Assembly: GCA_013115125.1 (NCBI GenBank)
Contig: JABANN010000347.1
Span: 1-36,671, forward strand
Direction of reading: 5' to 3'
Source: Perkinsus olseni
Lineage: Eukaryota
DNA: 36,671 nt
Positions 1 through 11,200 of the stretch are shown here, piece by piece. The notes beneath the pieces are model-generated. The model did no database searches. It was given only the letters and a program-made list of their open reading frames with translations, and was not told the origin of the DNA. How positions within the stretch are numbered: the stretch's first letter is position 1; each line of letters starts with the position of its first letter. Both the position numbers and the translations under genes were made by a program.

Positions 1-86
1 CATATGAAAGCTTCGTATTAAGCAAGATATCTCAATTTTGTTCATTTGCATATCAAAATGGCACACACAGTAGTTTTCACTCTTAC

Positions 87-556
87 AACGCAACGCTCAT
101 GAGCATGCTCAACTCATTGGCAGGAACAATGGTCATTAATGTGATGCCTTGAAATTGATGAAGCCGCAGTCTCGGTAGTGTTTCAGCTCGTTGATACTAT
201 CCTGTATGTCCTCCAATGCTCGATGCGTCGCCCGCTTCCCAAGGAGCGAATGCCTCCAGAGCCTTCGGGTCCCATCTCTTGTCAAGCGCCTTCAGTGTAC
301 TCACATCGAGTACACGATAATGAAGGTAACCTAAGAAGATGAGTGAATGGCAGGAAGAAGTTTTCGAGCAGTAAAATACGTCGATGATCTTCTGCACCTT
401 ACCGCTGAACCTCGGCATGTTTTTCTCGAGGAATCTCTTGTCAACATGCACAGTGTTGCCTGCGAGGAGCCCTCGGCCTTCACTAACAAATTTTGCAGTG
501 ACCTGGTAACAATTGGTTCACTTCGGAAAACTGCTGTCACCGGACTGACCTCGGCC
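87..556 (-). pseudogene. Truncated duplicate of the 3' half of the oligoribonuclease gene (last two exons with introns, plus 3' flank)
   Basis: Aligns by eye to 2330-2817. Encodes [22 protein letters not shown] and [13 protein letters not shown], but an extra 4 nt near 241-245 frameshifts the HRALEDI motif, and the 5' exons are absent. Confidence 0.88.
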
Positions 557-640
557 CCTGAACTCTGCTTTTCACAGACTGTCAGACTGTTCGATTTTTT
601 TCCTTTTCACAGTCGATGAGCTTGATCTCCCTGAACGCAT
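557..640 (-). pseudogene. Short fragment of the GT61 glycosyltransferase gene
   Basis: tcacagtcgatgagcttgatctccctgaacgc matches ~4313-4344 with one mismatch. Translation [16 protein letters not shown] versus EAFREIKFIDCEEKKN in the intact gene. Confidence 0.8.
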
Positions 641-1007
641 CGCTATGCCACCATCTGCCAGGCCAACGGTCTTGTCCACGTCGTTGGCCGATGGTACTCA
701 TACTATCGAGACCTCTGCCTACGTCACCGAGAGGGTTTTGTCCGCTGTGTTCAAGCCCTTGAATGATCAGCATGTCCTTCTTGGGGGCTGCTTGCTTAAG
801 CCCAACATGGTCACCCCTGGCGTTGACTGCCCTGAGCGCCCCGCTGCTCAGAAGATTGCTGAGTTGACCGTTCGCACTCTCGCCCGTACCGTGCCTCCGG
901 CTCTCGTTGGTGTCACCTTCCTTTCCGGTGGTCAGAGTGAGGAGGATGCTTCCGTCAATCTGTCGGCTATGAACCAGCTCCCCAGGGAGCGTCGCTCCAG
1001 AGTCTGA
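641..1007 (+). pseudogene. Class I fructose-bisphosphate aldolase internal fragment
   Basis: [12 protein letters not shown] from 641, then a frameshifting deletion that removes the PIVEPE motif, then ADGTH...[10 protein letters not shown]...[21 protein letters not shown]. It lacks the N-terminus and stops before the W-x-L-x-FSYGRALQ segment. Confidence 0.9.
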
Positions 1008-1021
1008 GAATTGCTTTATAC

Positions 1022-1196
1022 TGTGGAGTAGAGTAGTGTAAGGTTTACTGCTAGGATAAAGGTTTGCCTTTGTTGCCGCTGAGAGCCTCCTATAAAGAGG
1101 GCGTCTTTCTCACAAATACGGCTCCCGCCCGACGGGATAGGGACAGAGTGCCTCAAATAGCCAGTGAGGAACGTAAGGTAGACTAGAGTTCCCACA
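1022..1196. mobile_element. Possible solo LTR (175 bp)
   Basis: Starts TGTGG and ends CCACA (TG...CA, 5-bp inverted termini) with an internal TATAAA-like box. No target-site duplication, PBS or PPT seen. Confidence 0.25.
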
Positions 1197-1858
1197 TGTT
1201 ATGGTGTTGAGCCGTCAATCGGCATTTTGGTCTCGTGCTGCTTCCCTGCGGTGACACATGGATCGCGCCGACTAACCGATCAGTTTCACGAGCCCACCTT
1301 ACCCACCACGCATGAACCGAGGTTTCGGAGAGCATTGCCCACAGTATTCGAGCATGGCTTTGATATGGTGTGACTCAATGCAAAACACGCTGACATTCAG
1401 AGATGGCGTAGGGGTGCTTTCAGGCGCCCACGTGGGCCTCCGGTCACCGCGGCGCATTTTGTGTACTGTTGCTGCCGAAATCTCAGATCCGCACGTCAGC
1501 CGCGTTTCTCTACCCCCACGTCCCCGAAGCCAGAGGTTTTCAAGCACGCTCAAGTGGAAAGGTGTCGACCAGTTCAATTCGCTTACTACGCGACGACCAA
1601 TTTGCTCAAATGTGTGCTCAAATGCGTATACAGTTTCACAGTTGAAGTATCGTTGCGCGTGATCGCACATTCACCCGCCGTCGGCGTTCCAAAAGCAGCC
1701 ATACCATGCACAACGCTCTTCAATAACGGAAGCTCCGCTAGTATCGCTGAAAACGGGATCGATGGCTCCCTTAGCAGCCCCTCTGGACTTGAGAGTCACC
1801 GTTGACGAATCACCAGTGCATACAGCCGACAGCAACGATCAGTGGCCAACGAACTTGC

Positions 1859-2088
1859 GTCACCACATCATAGGGTGGTGACACTGTGTGTGTATAAGCT
1901 GCACGTGTCACCACATCGTAGGGTGGTGACACTGTGTGTGTATAAGCTGGACGTGTCACCACATCATAGGGTGGTGACACTGTGTGTGTATAAGCTGGAC
2001 GTGTCACCACATCATAGGGTGGTGACACTGTGTGTATAAGCTGGACGTGTCACCACATCATAGGGTGGTGACACTGTGTGTGTATGAG
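1859..2088. repeat. Minisatellite, ~4.8 copies of a 48-bp unit containing a 10-bp inverted repeat
   Basis: Unit gtcaccacatcatagggtggtgacactgtgtgtgtataagctggacgt starts at 1859, 1907, 1955, 2003 (46 bp) and 2049 (partial). GTGTCACCAC and GTGGTGACAC are exact reverse complements around an 8-nt loop. Confidence 0.95.
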
Positions 2089-2378
2089 GTGGAAGTGAGT
2101 CAAGGTGCGGTACAAATTGGTGCTGCTCGTCGAACACGAGTCGCGTATGTGAACATCGTATGGTACTTTTAGGATGTAAATCGATATACAATGTACGTAC
2201 ATCATCGGCGATGATTCATCGCATACTTAATCTCACCCGATAGCATTCGGCTCAAATCCACTTAAAAAAGCCAGGAGGGATCCTTGTTTCAGCTTGTCAG
2301 TTAGTCGGTACTAACGCACCTACTTTCTGAATGCAACGCCCACGGGCATGCCCGAGTCAGCCTCAGAAACAATAGTTA

Positions 2379-3270
2379 TTAATGTGAGCCCTTGCAATTG
2401 ATGAAGCCGCAATCTCGGTAGTGTCTCAGCTCGTTGATACTATCCTGGATGTCCTCCAATGCTCGATGCGTTGCTCTCTTCCCAGTGAATGCCTCCAGAG
2501 CCTTCGGGTCCCATCTCTTGGCGAGCTCCTTCAGTGTACTTACATCGAGTACGCGATAATGCAGGTAGCCTGAGAAGATGAGTGAACAGCACGCAGCTTG
2601 AGGCCGGCCGAGGCAGCCCTTCTCGGGTAGTAAAATACGTCGATGACTTCCTGTATCTTACCGCTGAACCTCGGCATGTACTTCTCGAGAAACCTCTTGT
2701 CAACATGCACAGTGTTCCCCGCGAGGAGCCCTTGGCCTTCACTAACAAATTTTGCAGCGACCTGATAACAATTGGTTCACTTCGGAAGACTATTGTCACA
2801 GAACTCACCTCGGCGAGCTGGCGATCAGCCTCCCCCTCGCTGATTGTCGATTTCACCACCTCCTCACCCAGCAGGCCGGGCACGGGCTGTCCGTTCTCCC
2901 AACCGAACTGCTTCCGGCACCAGTCGTTCATGCCGTTCAACACCTCATTCGGTTGATGTATCACCAGATCCGGACCCTAGGAGCGACACTAGCAGCAGCA
3001 CAAGCACGACGCTCGGTTAGACTCGTAAACGAGACGACCGAGCCAAGAAGAGGAACCGCCTACCTCGTGTAGAACGTTGAGATCTTTATCGGTAACAATA
3101 AGCGCCACTTCAAGTAGACGATCAGTCTCGCCAAGGACTCCATAAGCATCTCCAAGGTTCGTCATCTCACAATCAACCCACAGAAGGACTCCCTGAACTC
3201 AGAGCGATGCCGGATGACCCGGCCTATCGACAGCCCAGCTCACATTGTTGGTCTTAGTTCTCGGTGCCAT
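2379..3270 (-). CDS. REXO2: Oligoribonuclease (Orn/REX2/REXO2, DEDDh exonuclease), 5 exons, ~204 aa
   Basis: Exons 3270-3244, 3192-3064, 2976-2809, 2761-2662 and 2569-2379 splice in frame at GT-AG sites. Motifs [59 protein letters not shown] and [14 protein letters not shown]. Not visible as a single ORF in the supplied track. Confidence 0.95.
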
Positions 3271-3426
3271 GCTTGGGAACAACTCTCTGGTCCACTTTCG
3301 AACGAAACGCCACAAAACGACGAAGGGCAACAACTGAACGAATGACCAGACGGGAAACCTCGCCCGGCCGCTTCCCCCGACCACGAACACGAAACTCGAG
3401 GATTTGCAAGTAATCACTGCTGCCCT

Positions 3427-4803
3427 TCATGCACGCATGCACTTATGCCATTTCGACGAGGCCTCAACGATGGACGCACCGAGTCGTTTGAGATCCCACT
3501 CGAATTCCCTGGTCGTATGGCCGACTCTCTGGTCAAGAAAGGTGTGACTGATGCCCCGGAAGGTGGCTAGATTTCGATAGTGTCCATCAGCTCCCGTGCC
3601 CAACTCAAGCACACGTCCGCAGTCCGGCAAAAGCACCAGCCACCACAGGGCAGCGCCGTGCACTCCCAGTAGGATGTCGGTGTTGGCCGCCACCTCCAAC
3701 TGCTGCAGCAGCTTCATCTCGCCAAACTTGACCAGCTGCACTCTCCTTCCCTGACCTTGGAGTGACTTCACCATCTCTGCTTCGTTCACTGCCCGTCTAT
3801 TGAACCCCGTCCCTCGGGAAATAACCGTTATGCGTGGCTCGCCGGAAGGCGGCGTCGGAGCGATACGATACACCTCCATGAGATGTTGCCGATAGGCCAT
3901 GAGAATTGGTGACCTGCCGCAGCCCTCCAACGGCAGTTTCGTGTGAAACGCTTGCTCCGGCGGCACTGGAAAAATGACTCTGTCAAAGCATACAGTTCCC
4001 CCGGCCTTCGCTAGCTCATCAGCATACACCGTCTTCCCAGGCGCCAGCAGGGTCTCATAGATGCCCAACAGCGGGAAGGTCTTTCTGGCGTCAGGTTTCG
4101 GTCGGTTGATTAAGAGGGTTGCATCTCCTGGCTCGAGTTCGAGCGCAGCCATCGTCATGAACAGCGTGAGGATTTCCTCGTGACTGTGCCAGGGGTTCCT
4201 TCCAAGCGTTTCCCTCGTCCGGAAAACTACAACCGTTCCAAGCGTTCGCGAGCAATCGGGCTGAACCCCCAAGGCGTCCCTGAACTCAGCGAGCTGTTTG
4301 TTCTTCTTCTCCTCACAGTCGATGAACTTGATCTCCCTGAACGCCTCAGAAGCACAACAGTCGCCGTAAAACCTAAGCCTGGTCAGCTCCTGCACCTCCT
4401 CGGTGTGGGTGTACAAACTGCGACCCTCGCACAGGTAATTCCTGGCGACGCCGCCTTTGGTTTTATCATAGCACCTCAACTCGCTGCCACCACCATCACA
4501 GTAGACCTTGAAGGAGTTCAGGAACGCCCTTCGATATTTCTCAACTCGACTAAGGCCGGCCAGAAGGCCACAGTCCTGAGGTTGCCCCCCATCATCATAG
4601 CGTGCAATATGCCTTTCGAACAGCGATACCAACGCACGCTGTCTGACCTCCGCTGCGCTCTCCGACCTCGGGCCAATGGGTGCATCACGAAGAGTGTACA
4701 CCGCCGTCCACATCCCCAAGACGAGGACCGACGCTACGACGCAGCGGTATCTCAGGTTGACCCTCGTCCAGGGAAATAATTTCCCTCGACGGCGCTTTTT
4801 CAT
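3427..4803 (-). CDS. Glycosyltransferase family 61 (DUF563; EOGT/POMGNT2-like), type II membrane protein, intronless
   Basis: Basic N-terminus followed by a TM helix (VVASVLVLGMWTAVY), NPWHSHEE, ITVISR...RRAVNEAE, and QQLEVAANTDILLGVHGAALWWLVLLP (GT61 HGA motif). First ATG is at 4803. Confidence 0.88.
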   Translation of the reverse strand: MKKRRRGKLFPWTRVNLRYRCVVASVLVLGMWTAVYTLRDAPIGPRSESAAEVRQRALVSLFERHIARYDDGGQPQDCGLLAGLSRVEKYRRAFLNSFKVYCDGGGSELRCYDKTKGGVARNYLCEGRSLYTHTEEVQELTRLRFYGDCCASEAFREIKFIDCEEKKNKQLAEFRDALGVQPDCSRTLGTVVVFRTRETLGRNPWHSHEEILTLFMTMAALELEPGDATLLINRPKPDARKTFPLLGIYETLLAPGKTVYADELAKAGGTVCFDRVIFPVPPEQAFHTKLPLEGCGRSPILMAYRQHLMEVYRIAPTPPSGEPRITVISRGTGFNRRAVNEAEMVKSLQGQGRRVQLVKFGEMKLLQQLEVAANTDILLGVHGAALWWLVLLPDCGRVLELGTGADGHYRNLATFRGISHTFLDQRVGHTTREFEWDLKRLGASIVEASSKWHKCMRA

Positions 4804-5236
4804 AGGACAAGAATTCAAGCAACGCGGCGAAGTCCACCATCGACACCCTCAACACAAGACAACAAGCTCGAGAGAAAACGTATGAGAACTCCTCAGGCGA
4901 CAGCGAACTGCTCGTAAATAGCATCCCTCACCTTGAAGAGGTTCTGGCACAGATCTGAGCAACACCGCTGCCAGGTTGATTGAGACACTGGCCGAGCCTA
5001 CCTCCGTTAACTTGAATGACAGTGGTCTGTGCATGGGCGGACTCCTCCTCCTCGCCTTCACCCAGACCTCCACCAGGGGCCACGCCCAGATCCTGGGCTG
5101 CTTCTCGAGCCGCCGGCCTAGAAGAATGAGGGCGTCATTGACAGGCACACATCGGGAGTTGCGACCGTGCCGACTAAAAATCCACACGCCTCGTAGCACT
5201 AGTACAACTGATGAGTTCCGAGTCTCATCACCATCA

Positions 5237-8200
5237 CTACTGTCGTGGTCTGATTCCACATGAGTTCAATCGATGTAGCAGTTCAACCCATGCCGCACGC
5301 AGAAGGGGATCAGCGTGTCTCAGTCCACTTCACAAACGACGCCACGCACATAACCGTCATCGTCTGTGTCAGTGGAAAGGCCTCCGAGACCCCCCCCCAC
5401 TCACCGTCCTTGATGATGCGTGTCCACCGAGATCTCTCCCCCTTCAGGAGAGCTCACAACCAGCATCCTGTTAGACATGGGCGTCATGGTGAATTCGCCG
5501 CTATTGACCAGGCCGCCCTTCGGCCGCGTCTTGAATGCTATCGAGCCGGAAGCTGGCTGATTTCCCCGAGTACTGAACTTCCGCTTCATACGGTCGCGAA
5601 GACTAGCCAACCTCAATGGCTTGGAGGACAGCAGTAGGCCCGGCCGACAGAGGATCTGACACCATAACAATGAAAGACATACAATAAAGATCATTTATTT
5701 CGCTGAAATAGTGTTGATTTGAAAAGTTGTTCAAGTACCATGCACACAGTTCTTACTGGTACGATTGCCGTGGAACTTACGACCCTCCAAAAGTTTGGGG
5801 TGTCCATCTCTCATGGGATGTCGACTACCCTGTAAGATAGAAATGGCGTATGAAGTCTATTATCATTCTATCAGTTTGAAGAGGTGTGCTATTACTTATT
5901 GGGATTCATTTGATACCTATTTTTTCATGAATCGTCGGTCCAAATTCATGATACCATACTTTGACTGTCGCAGGACGTCCTCGGTACAAATGTCGAACGA
6001 ATGAACTCAGCGCCGCTCTCCCCAAACGCAGACGATACCGCCTTGCATACCTCCTCCGCAGCCTCCGCGTCCTGTTCCTCAGCAGATTCCTCCGCCATGG
6101 GCTCCCTTTCAGTATCCTTCAGCACAGTGCCGATAGGCTCGCCACTCGCAGTTCGCGACGGAGCATCAGCAGAGTCAGCATCAGCTGATGTCAAGGCCAC
6201 GCGGCAGAGGGCTACTCTAGCACATGATCTATTATCGTTAGAGGCACCTGAACGAACTCCATTACATTGGCCGACAATGGCGGACGTTTATACTCGGGTT
6301 AAACCACCGCAACGCGATCTCTGAACTCTCCCAAAAACGCCGAAGAGACGAACCTCGACCGGGTTATGCCTCACCTGCTTTAGCACCGCCGCTGTCCTTA
6401 GCCAGAACACGGATGTACTTTAGTTCCCTTTGAAGGCTCTTGTCCAGGTAACACTGAGAAGGCAAGAATACTTATGTGCTCGATCGCAGCTGAGGGCCGG
6501 CCACCTGTCGCTTCCGTGGTCTCAGCGAAAATTGGACCGGCTGTAGCTCGATCTCCCCTCGCTCACGACCGCTTTGGCAGACATACGCCTGAAGAGGGTG
6601 AGGGTGTCTGTTTCCAGTAGGAAAAACTGAGGGTTAACATCTGCAACGGCCGGGTGCATGAGACCCCCAAGCAAATGGCAAAAATCTCAAGATGTGTTCA
6701 AAACAGTTTAAAGGAATCTTCTTCTCCGCCGTCGTCAAGTTAGGTAGTTGGCTATTCCGGGTTCCAAGCCCACGGCAATTAATCCGGGTTCCACATCCAT
6801 GGGCCGTTTTCCCACGTGCTACGACACTGATGCTACTACGCCTTTTCCCGAGCAAATACAAAAGGTGGAAAAATTTGGTCGGGAAAAGGTGCAGTAATGG
6901 TGGAGTGAGTCAATAACATTGAACACCTCACCTAGCTCTAGGAGCTGAGTGATCACTAATGGGGTGAGCAAGGATGTGAGCGAGAGATTGCCCCGATGAA
7001 ATGATGCACATCATCAGCAGCCGCCAGGACGTCCCTACCTGCCCTCCCTTCCCTGTTGCGAACATCGAGTCCGTCCGATGTATCATCAGCTCCAGGTCAT
7101 CCGCGTTGACCGAAGGCAGTATGACCAGGTGACGAGGACGAAGCCGAACGAGGAGCTCATGCCTGCCACAGCAGACTAACACCCCAGCGACCACCGCTGC
7201 TGCTGCTCACCTGTGCTGCGCTGTCGCTAGGCCGTCAATGCCATTTCCGGGAGCCATCAGCTTCACCTTGCATCCCACACGGATCACACGCTCGCGGGTC
7301 TCAACCGTTTTCGGCTCGCCGAAGCGAACCTGGAGATCTCGCCTCCAATCGAAGCTATCATGCTCCTCAGCGCCAGGAGCTGCGTTAGGGTCCGCCTGAC
7401 AGCAGGTGGCGGTAAGATACTTTCAACCAGCAAAGAAGGCGATCGGAGAAGCCCTTTCGCGAAGGATTGAACACTGGATGCACCCACCCCAAGTGGCAAC
7501 TAGAGAAGGTGCTCGACGGACCTCAGGAGCGCTCCTAGGGTTGGATTGAAGCTCAGGAGAGGCAGTCCATTGAACACCCAGAGAGAATTCATGCTGCGTG
7601 GCCAGGTGACGCGCCCGGAAATGGTTGAGACGTACCTTCATCCTCTGATGCCCATCATCATCCCCAATATCCGCCTTCAGCTCGTCCTTCGCGACCTTCA
7701 TCTGCTTTTTGATGCGAAAATCTGAGAACACCCCAAGCCACATCCGCGAATCTTCGACTTCTTTCGTATCTTTCAAAGATCAACCTTAGATACGCTTACG
7801 TCCATGAGGTTCGTCCTTCATCTCCTTCTTGTCAGGATAATCGTCATGATACCATCCCTTCCGGAAGCGTTTCATCCTCATGAAATCGGATTCAGCATGC
7901 GCCCTCCAGGAATCGATGACACTGCTATCCAGATGGACGCCGTACCTACGCCAACAATCCAATACCACACCTTCCGCAACTCCTAAACTCCCGTCCCCCC
8001 GGGATACGCCAAAAACAGTAGTAAAACATACATCGCACGATACCGCTTTTCGACAAACCTACTCATCAGCCACCTGGGCCCCTCCTCTAGATACGCCGGC
8101 CAGTTCCTCATCGTCATCGACTCCGCCGCCTCCCGCCATCGCCCCTCGGGCTGCAGCCCCGGTAGTGCCAGCTCCAGGCGCCCCACCCCCTCCTCCTGCT

Positions 8201-11200
8201 GAAGGGGCTGCTGCTGTCTGCGAGTAGAACATACCTGAACCGAACGAACTGTACCACTCTCGTCAGTTCAATCCATCTGTCTCCAACTTCAACTAGTTGA
8301 GCGACTGGGAACGATGGACGCTTTATGTACGATAAGACATCAGTCGACAAGTTTACGATGAGACTGATGTGCTGAACGATCAAACGATCGGAGATGACGA
8401 AGAGACTTCTCACGATACCCCTGAGGCCCACAACACCGCTGGTCCGAGACTCACCAGGTCTGAAGAAACCATTCACTTGCCCGCCCTCCACGTCATAGAC
8501 CGATGCCTGGTTACGACTCTCCAGCGAGATGAGGGCCGTCGAACTGGAGCCTCCTCCCTCCCCTTCAGTGTTCTTCGCGCTTGCCTGCACGTAACATCAA
8601 CACAGCCCCTCCACCGCCATCGATCGTACCAATCCCGTGCTCTGCAGCATCTGTTTGGCCATGCCCTCGGCGAAGTTCTCCGCCATCCCTTGCTGCTGCC
8701 GCCGGGCTACAGCAGCCTTCTGCGCAGCCATCTTCTCCCTTCGATCTCGCTCCTTCCGACGACGTCTCATCGCCAACTAGCACCACTACTGCGTCACTGC
8801 GCCACGAAATTACCGCGGTACCTCTTCCTGGGACTCCCTCGCCAGACTTTCCCTGTAGACCTCACGAAGCTGCTCGTCCGTATAAGAGCTCTTGATGTAC
8901 TGCGTCTCTCGATAGGTAACAGGTTCTGACAGCAACAGCAGACATGGACGCGAATCGGAGCGCGACGTACAGGCCCAGTCACGGCGGAACTTGTAGGAGA
9001 ACAAGGGAAGAGGGGAGCAAACATTGAACTCGAGGGTTTCGACGGAGTTTTTCCCTGCCGATAGCATATCTGCTCTCAACCATTTCGCCCATTTTATTAA
9101 CGCCATCGCAAAAAATTGGAGTGCATTTGAAGAATTCGGAAGGCATTCGTCATTGAATCACCACAAGCATGATTCGCATGCTACTACTACTACCATTAGG
9201 GTTCTCAGGCCTCTCCACCACGAAGTCATGTATGACCCTCTGCGCCAAGCAGTCTCGATAGGCGACATCCGAGGTAGTGAAGATGACGGTGCTGTTGGGG
9301 TCGCCGCACATCCTACAGAAGATCTCGCGGGCGTCACCGATCTCCAGGGAAGCACTAGAAGCCAGAACAACCTGAACACCGATCGATGACCCTCAGCGTA
9401 AGGTGGCGCCCTCCCTCACCTTCGGTTTCCTCGCGGGGTAGTTCTGAGCGTAGTCCTGGAAGCTGGAGCAGAGTTGGACGTGTTGAAAGAGGAAGGGGTG
9501 GTACAGGAACCCCATAGAGGTATCAAAGTCATTATGCACCTGACAACAACACAGTTTCTCTGAGACAACTACGGTGAACTATCCACAAGAAAGTACTATC
9601 TTATACGGCCTACTATTTCAGACTCGACCAGGCAGTATGTGCGCAGATATACTGGTTTTAGTGATTGGCATACCGAATTGGAGCACCCTATAAAAATACC
9701 ACCAACCAACTGCCTTTTTGCTTTTGGCTGTAGTGACGAGTTCTTCGTTGAGAGTTGTCCATTCATTCTCAAGTCATGGCATTTTACCCGACTTGTTTTG
9801 AACCCGAACACACCATCAACAACTCCACAAGATATCGGGTGGAGCACCCTTCTGGACCGCCCTTCCCTCCAACTCACCACACGACTCATCCATTCCATTC
9901 TGATCTTGATCTGATCCAGCACGACATCCCCGAGTGGTGAGACGTAGACTACCGGGTATGCCTGAGGAGAACCATCAAGCGTATGTGCCGAAAATGGAAA
10001 CGGTGGCAAGGATCCCCCTCACCAGACACTCGAAGAGACTACAGTACGAGACATCTCGAGAGGGGAATCGGCTGTGCAGTGGTAACTTCTACAGCACAGC
10101 GAGTTTCGACGCGCAGTTTATCAGATACACTCACGATACGCGATGCACACTCAGACGAAGATATTCCTCATAGTTGTTGCATTGGTGACACGATCATCAT
10201 CAGCGCCTTCCGATGAATAAAGACATACCTGCAGTCCAGCATCAGCAGCCCAGGCAGCCTCAAGCAACAACAGCAGCTCCAATACACGACCTGTGGACAG
10301 GACTGGTGATAAGACACAGTCGAGAGAGCCCTCTCACCTGTAGAGCAGCAGTCCACCGGTAGCAGCACTGTGCCGTCCTTCCTGAGGGATCTCAAGATCA
10401 TACCCAGCAAGGCCTCCTCTGCCTGAGCGTATCGCCTGTTGGACCTGACCACCACTGCCACTCGTTGCCCTCCAGGTAGTAAGCGGTAATATCCACCAAC
10501 AGGCGTGCGCCCTTCGAATAACGGTAAATTGAGGCCATTAAGTGTTACTCAGTAGTCTCCTTTCAAGAGCACTTCCATACCCCGCCACGACCCTCAAAAC
10601 CTCCTTTAACCAACCACCACCACTACTACCTCGAAGCTGTAATACCAGCGTCATAAGTCCTCCGGCTCTCGGCAGCTACATTGCTAGTGGCGCCTTGGCC
10701 AGCACAAGTCACAGCCCCTTCTACCGCTGGCGGCATCGTGTTAGTTATCAATACACTCGGTGGTGCCTGACAAACCGACGATCTCACCAAGCCGGCATTC
10801 GAGAGCGAGAAAACAAATACCAACCCTCGGCAAGGCTGAGGCCCGGGAAAGGCCTCAACAATATGTTTTCAGTTGCGCTATCACAGGCACGAGAGCACCT
10901 CGGCAACCCCGTGAACTACCTGTTCGGGCGGTGGCAGTTCCATACCATTCAAGTGCCTATCACCCGCCATCTGGTAGTCCACGGCATAGACCATGCTCTG
11001 AGACCCCACTTCAATCCGCCAATACGCTCCGCCGAGCATCCGCCCAGCCGGCAGAGGCGTGAACTTCACCGTAGGGCCCTTGATCGTCGAGGACCGGCCT
11101 CCAGCTGCTGCAGCGCCGCTGTCACCACGCATAGTGAACATGACGCCCTCGCCGTACTGCAGAGGCGACACTGCGCCGTTGAACGCCATGATGGTATCAT

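Noticed and set aside
1859-2088. CRISPR-like palindromic repeat array
   Set aside because: The sequences between palindromes are near-identical rather than unique spacers, there are no cas genes, and the context is eukaryotic.
2582-2956. Plus-strand ORFs with a YVDD motif (also 347-619), suggesting reverse transcriptase
   Set aside because: They are antisense to the Orn gene and its pseudogene; YVDD falls opposite an Orn intron and no other RT motifs are present.
4180-4779. 199-aa plus-strand ORF
   Set aside because: Antisense shadow of the GT61 coding sequence.
4995-5118. Minus-strand Gly/Glu-rich peptide ending TVIQV, reminiscent of the RAD23 linker before UBA2
   Set aside because: No UBA, UBL or XPC-binding sequence is found on either side, so it is too short to call.
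5946-9400. Scattered acidic and low-complexity ORFs first read as retrotransposon remnants or separate genes
   Set aside because: They splice in frame as CPSF2 exons (PKVVLAS, DEYG, RPRHLVIL, CYLDKSL) or are antisense to them.
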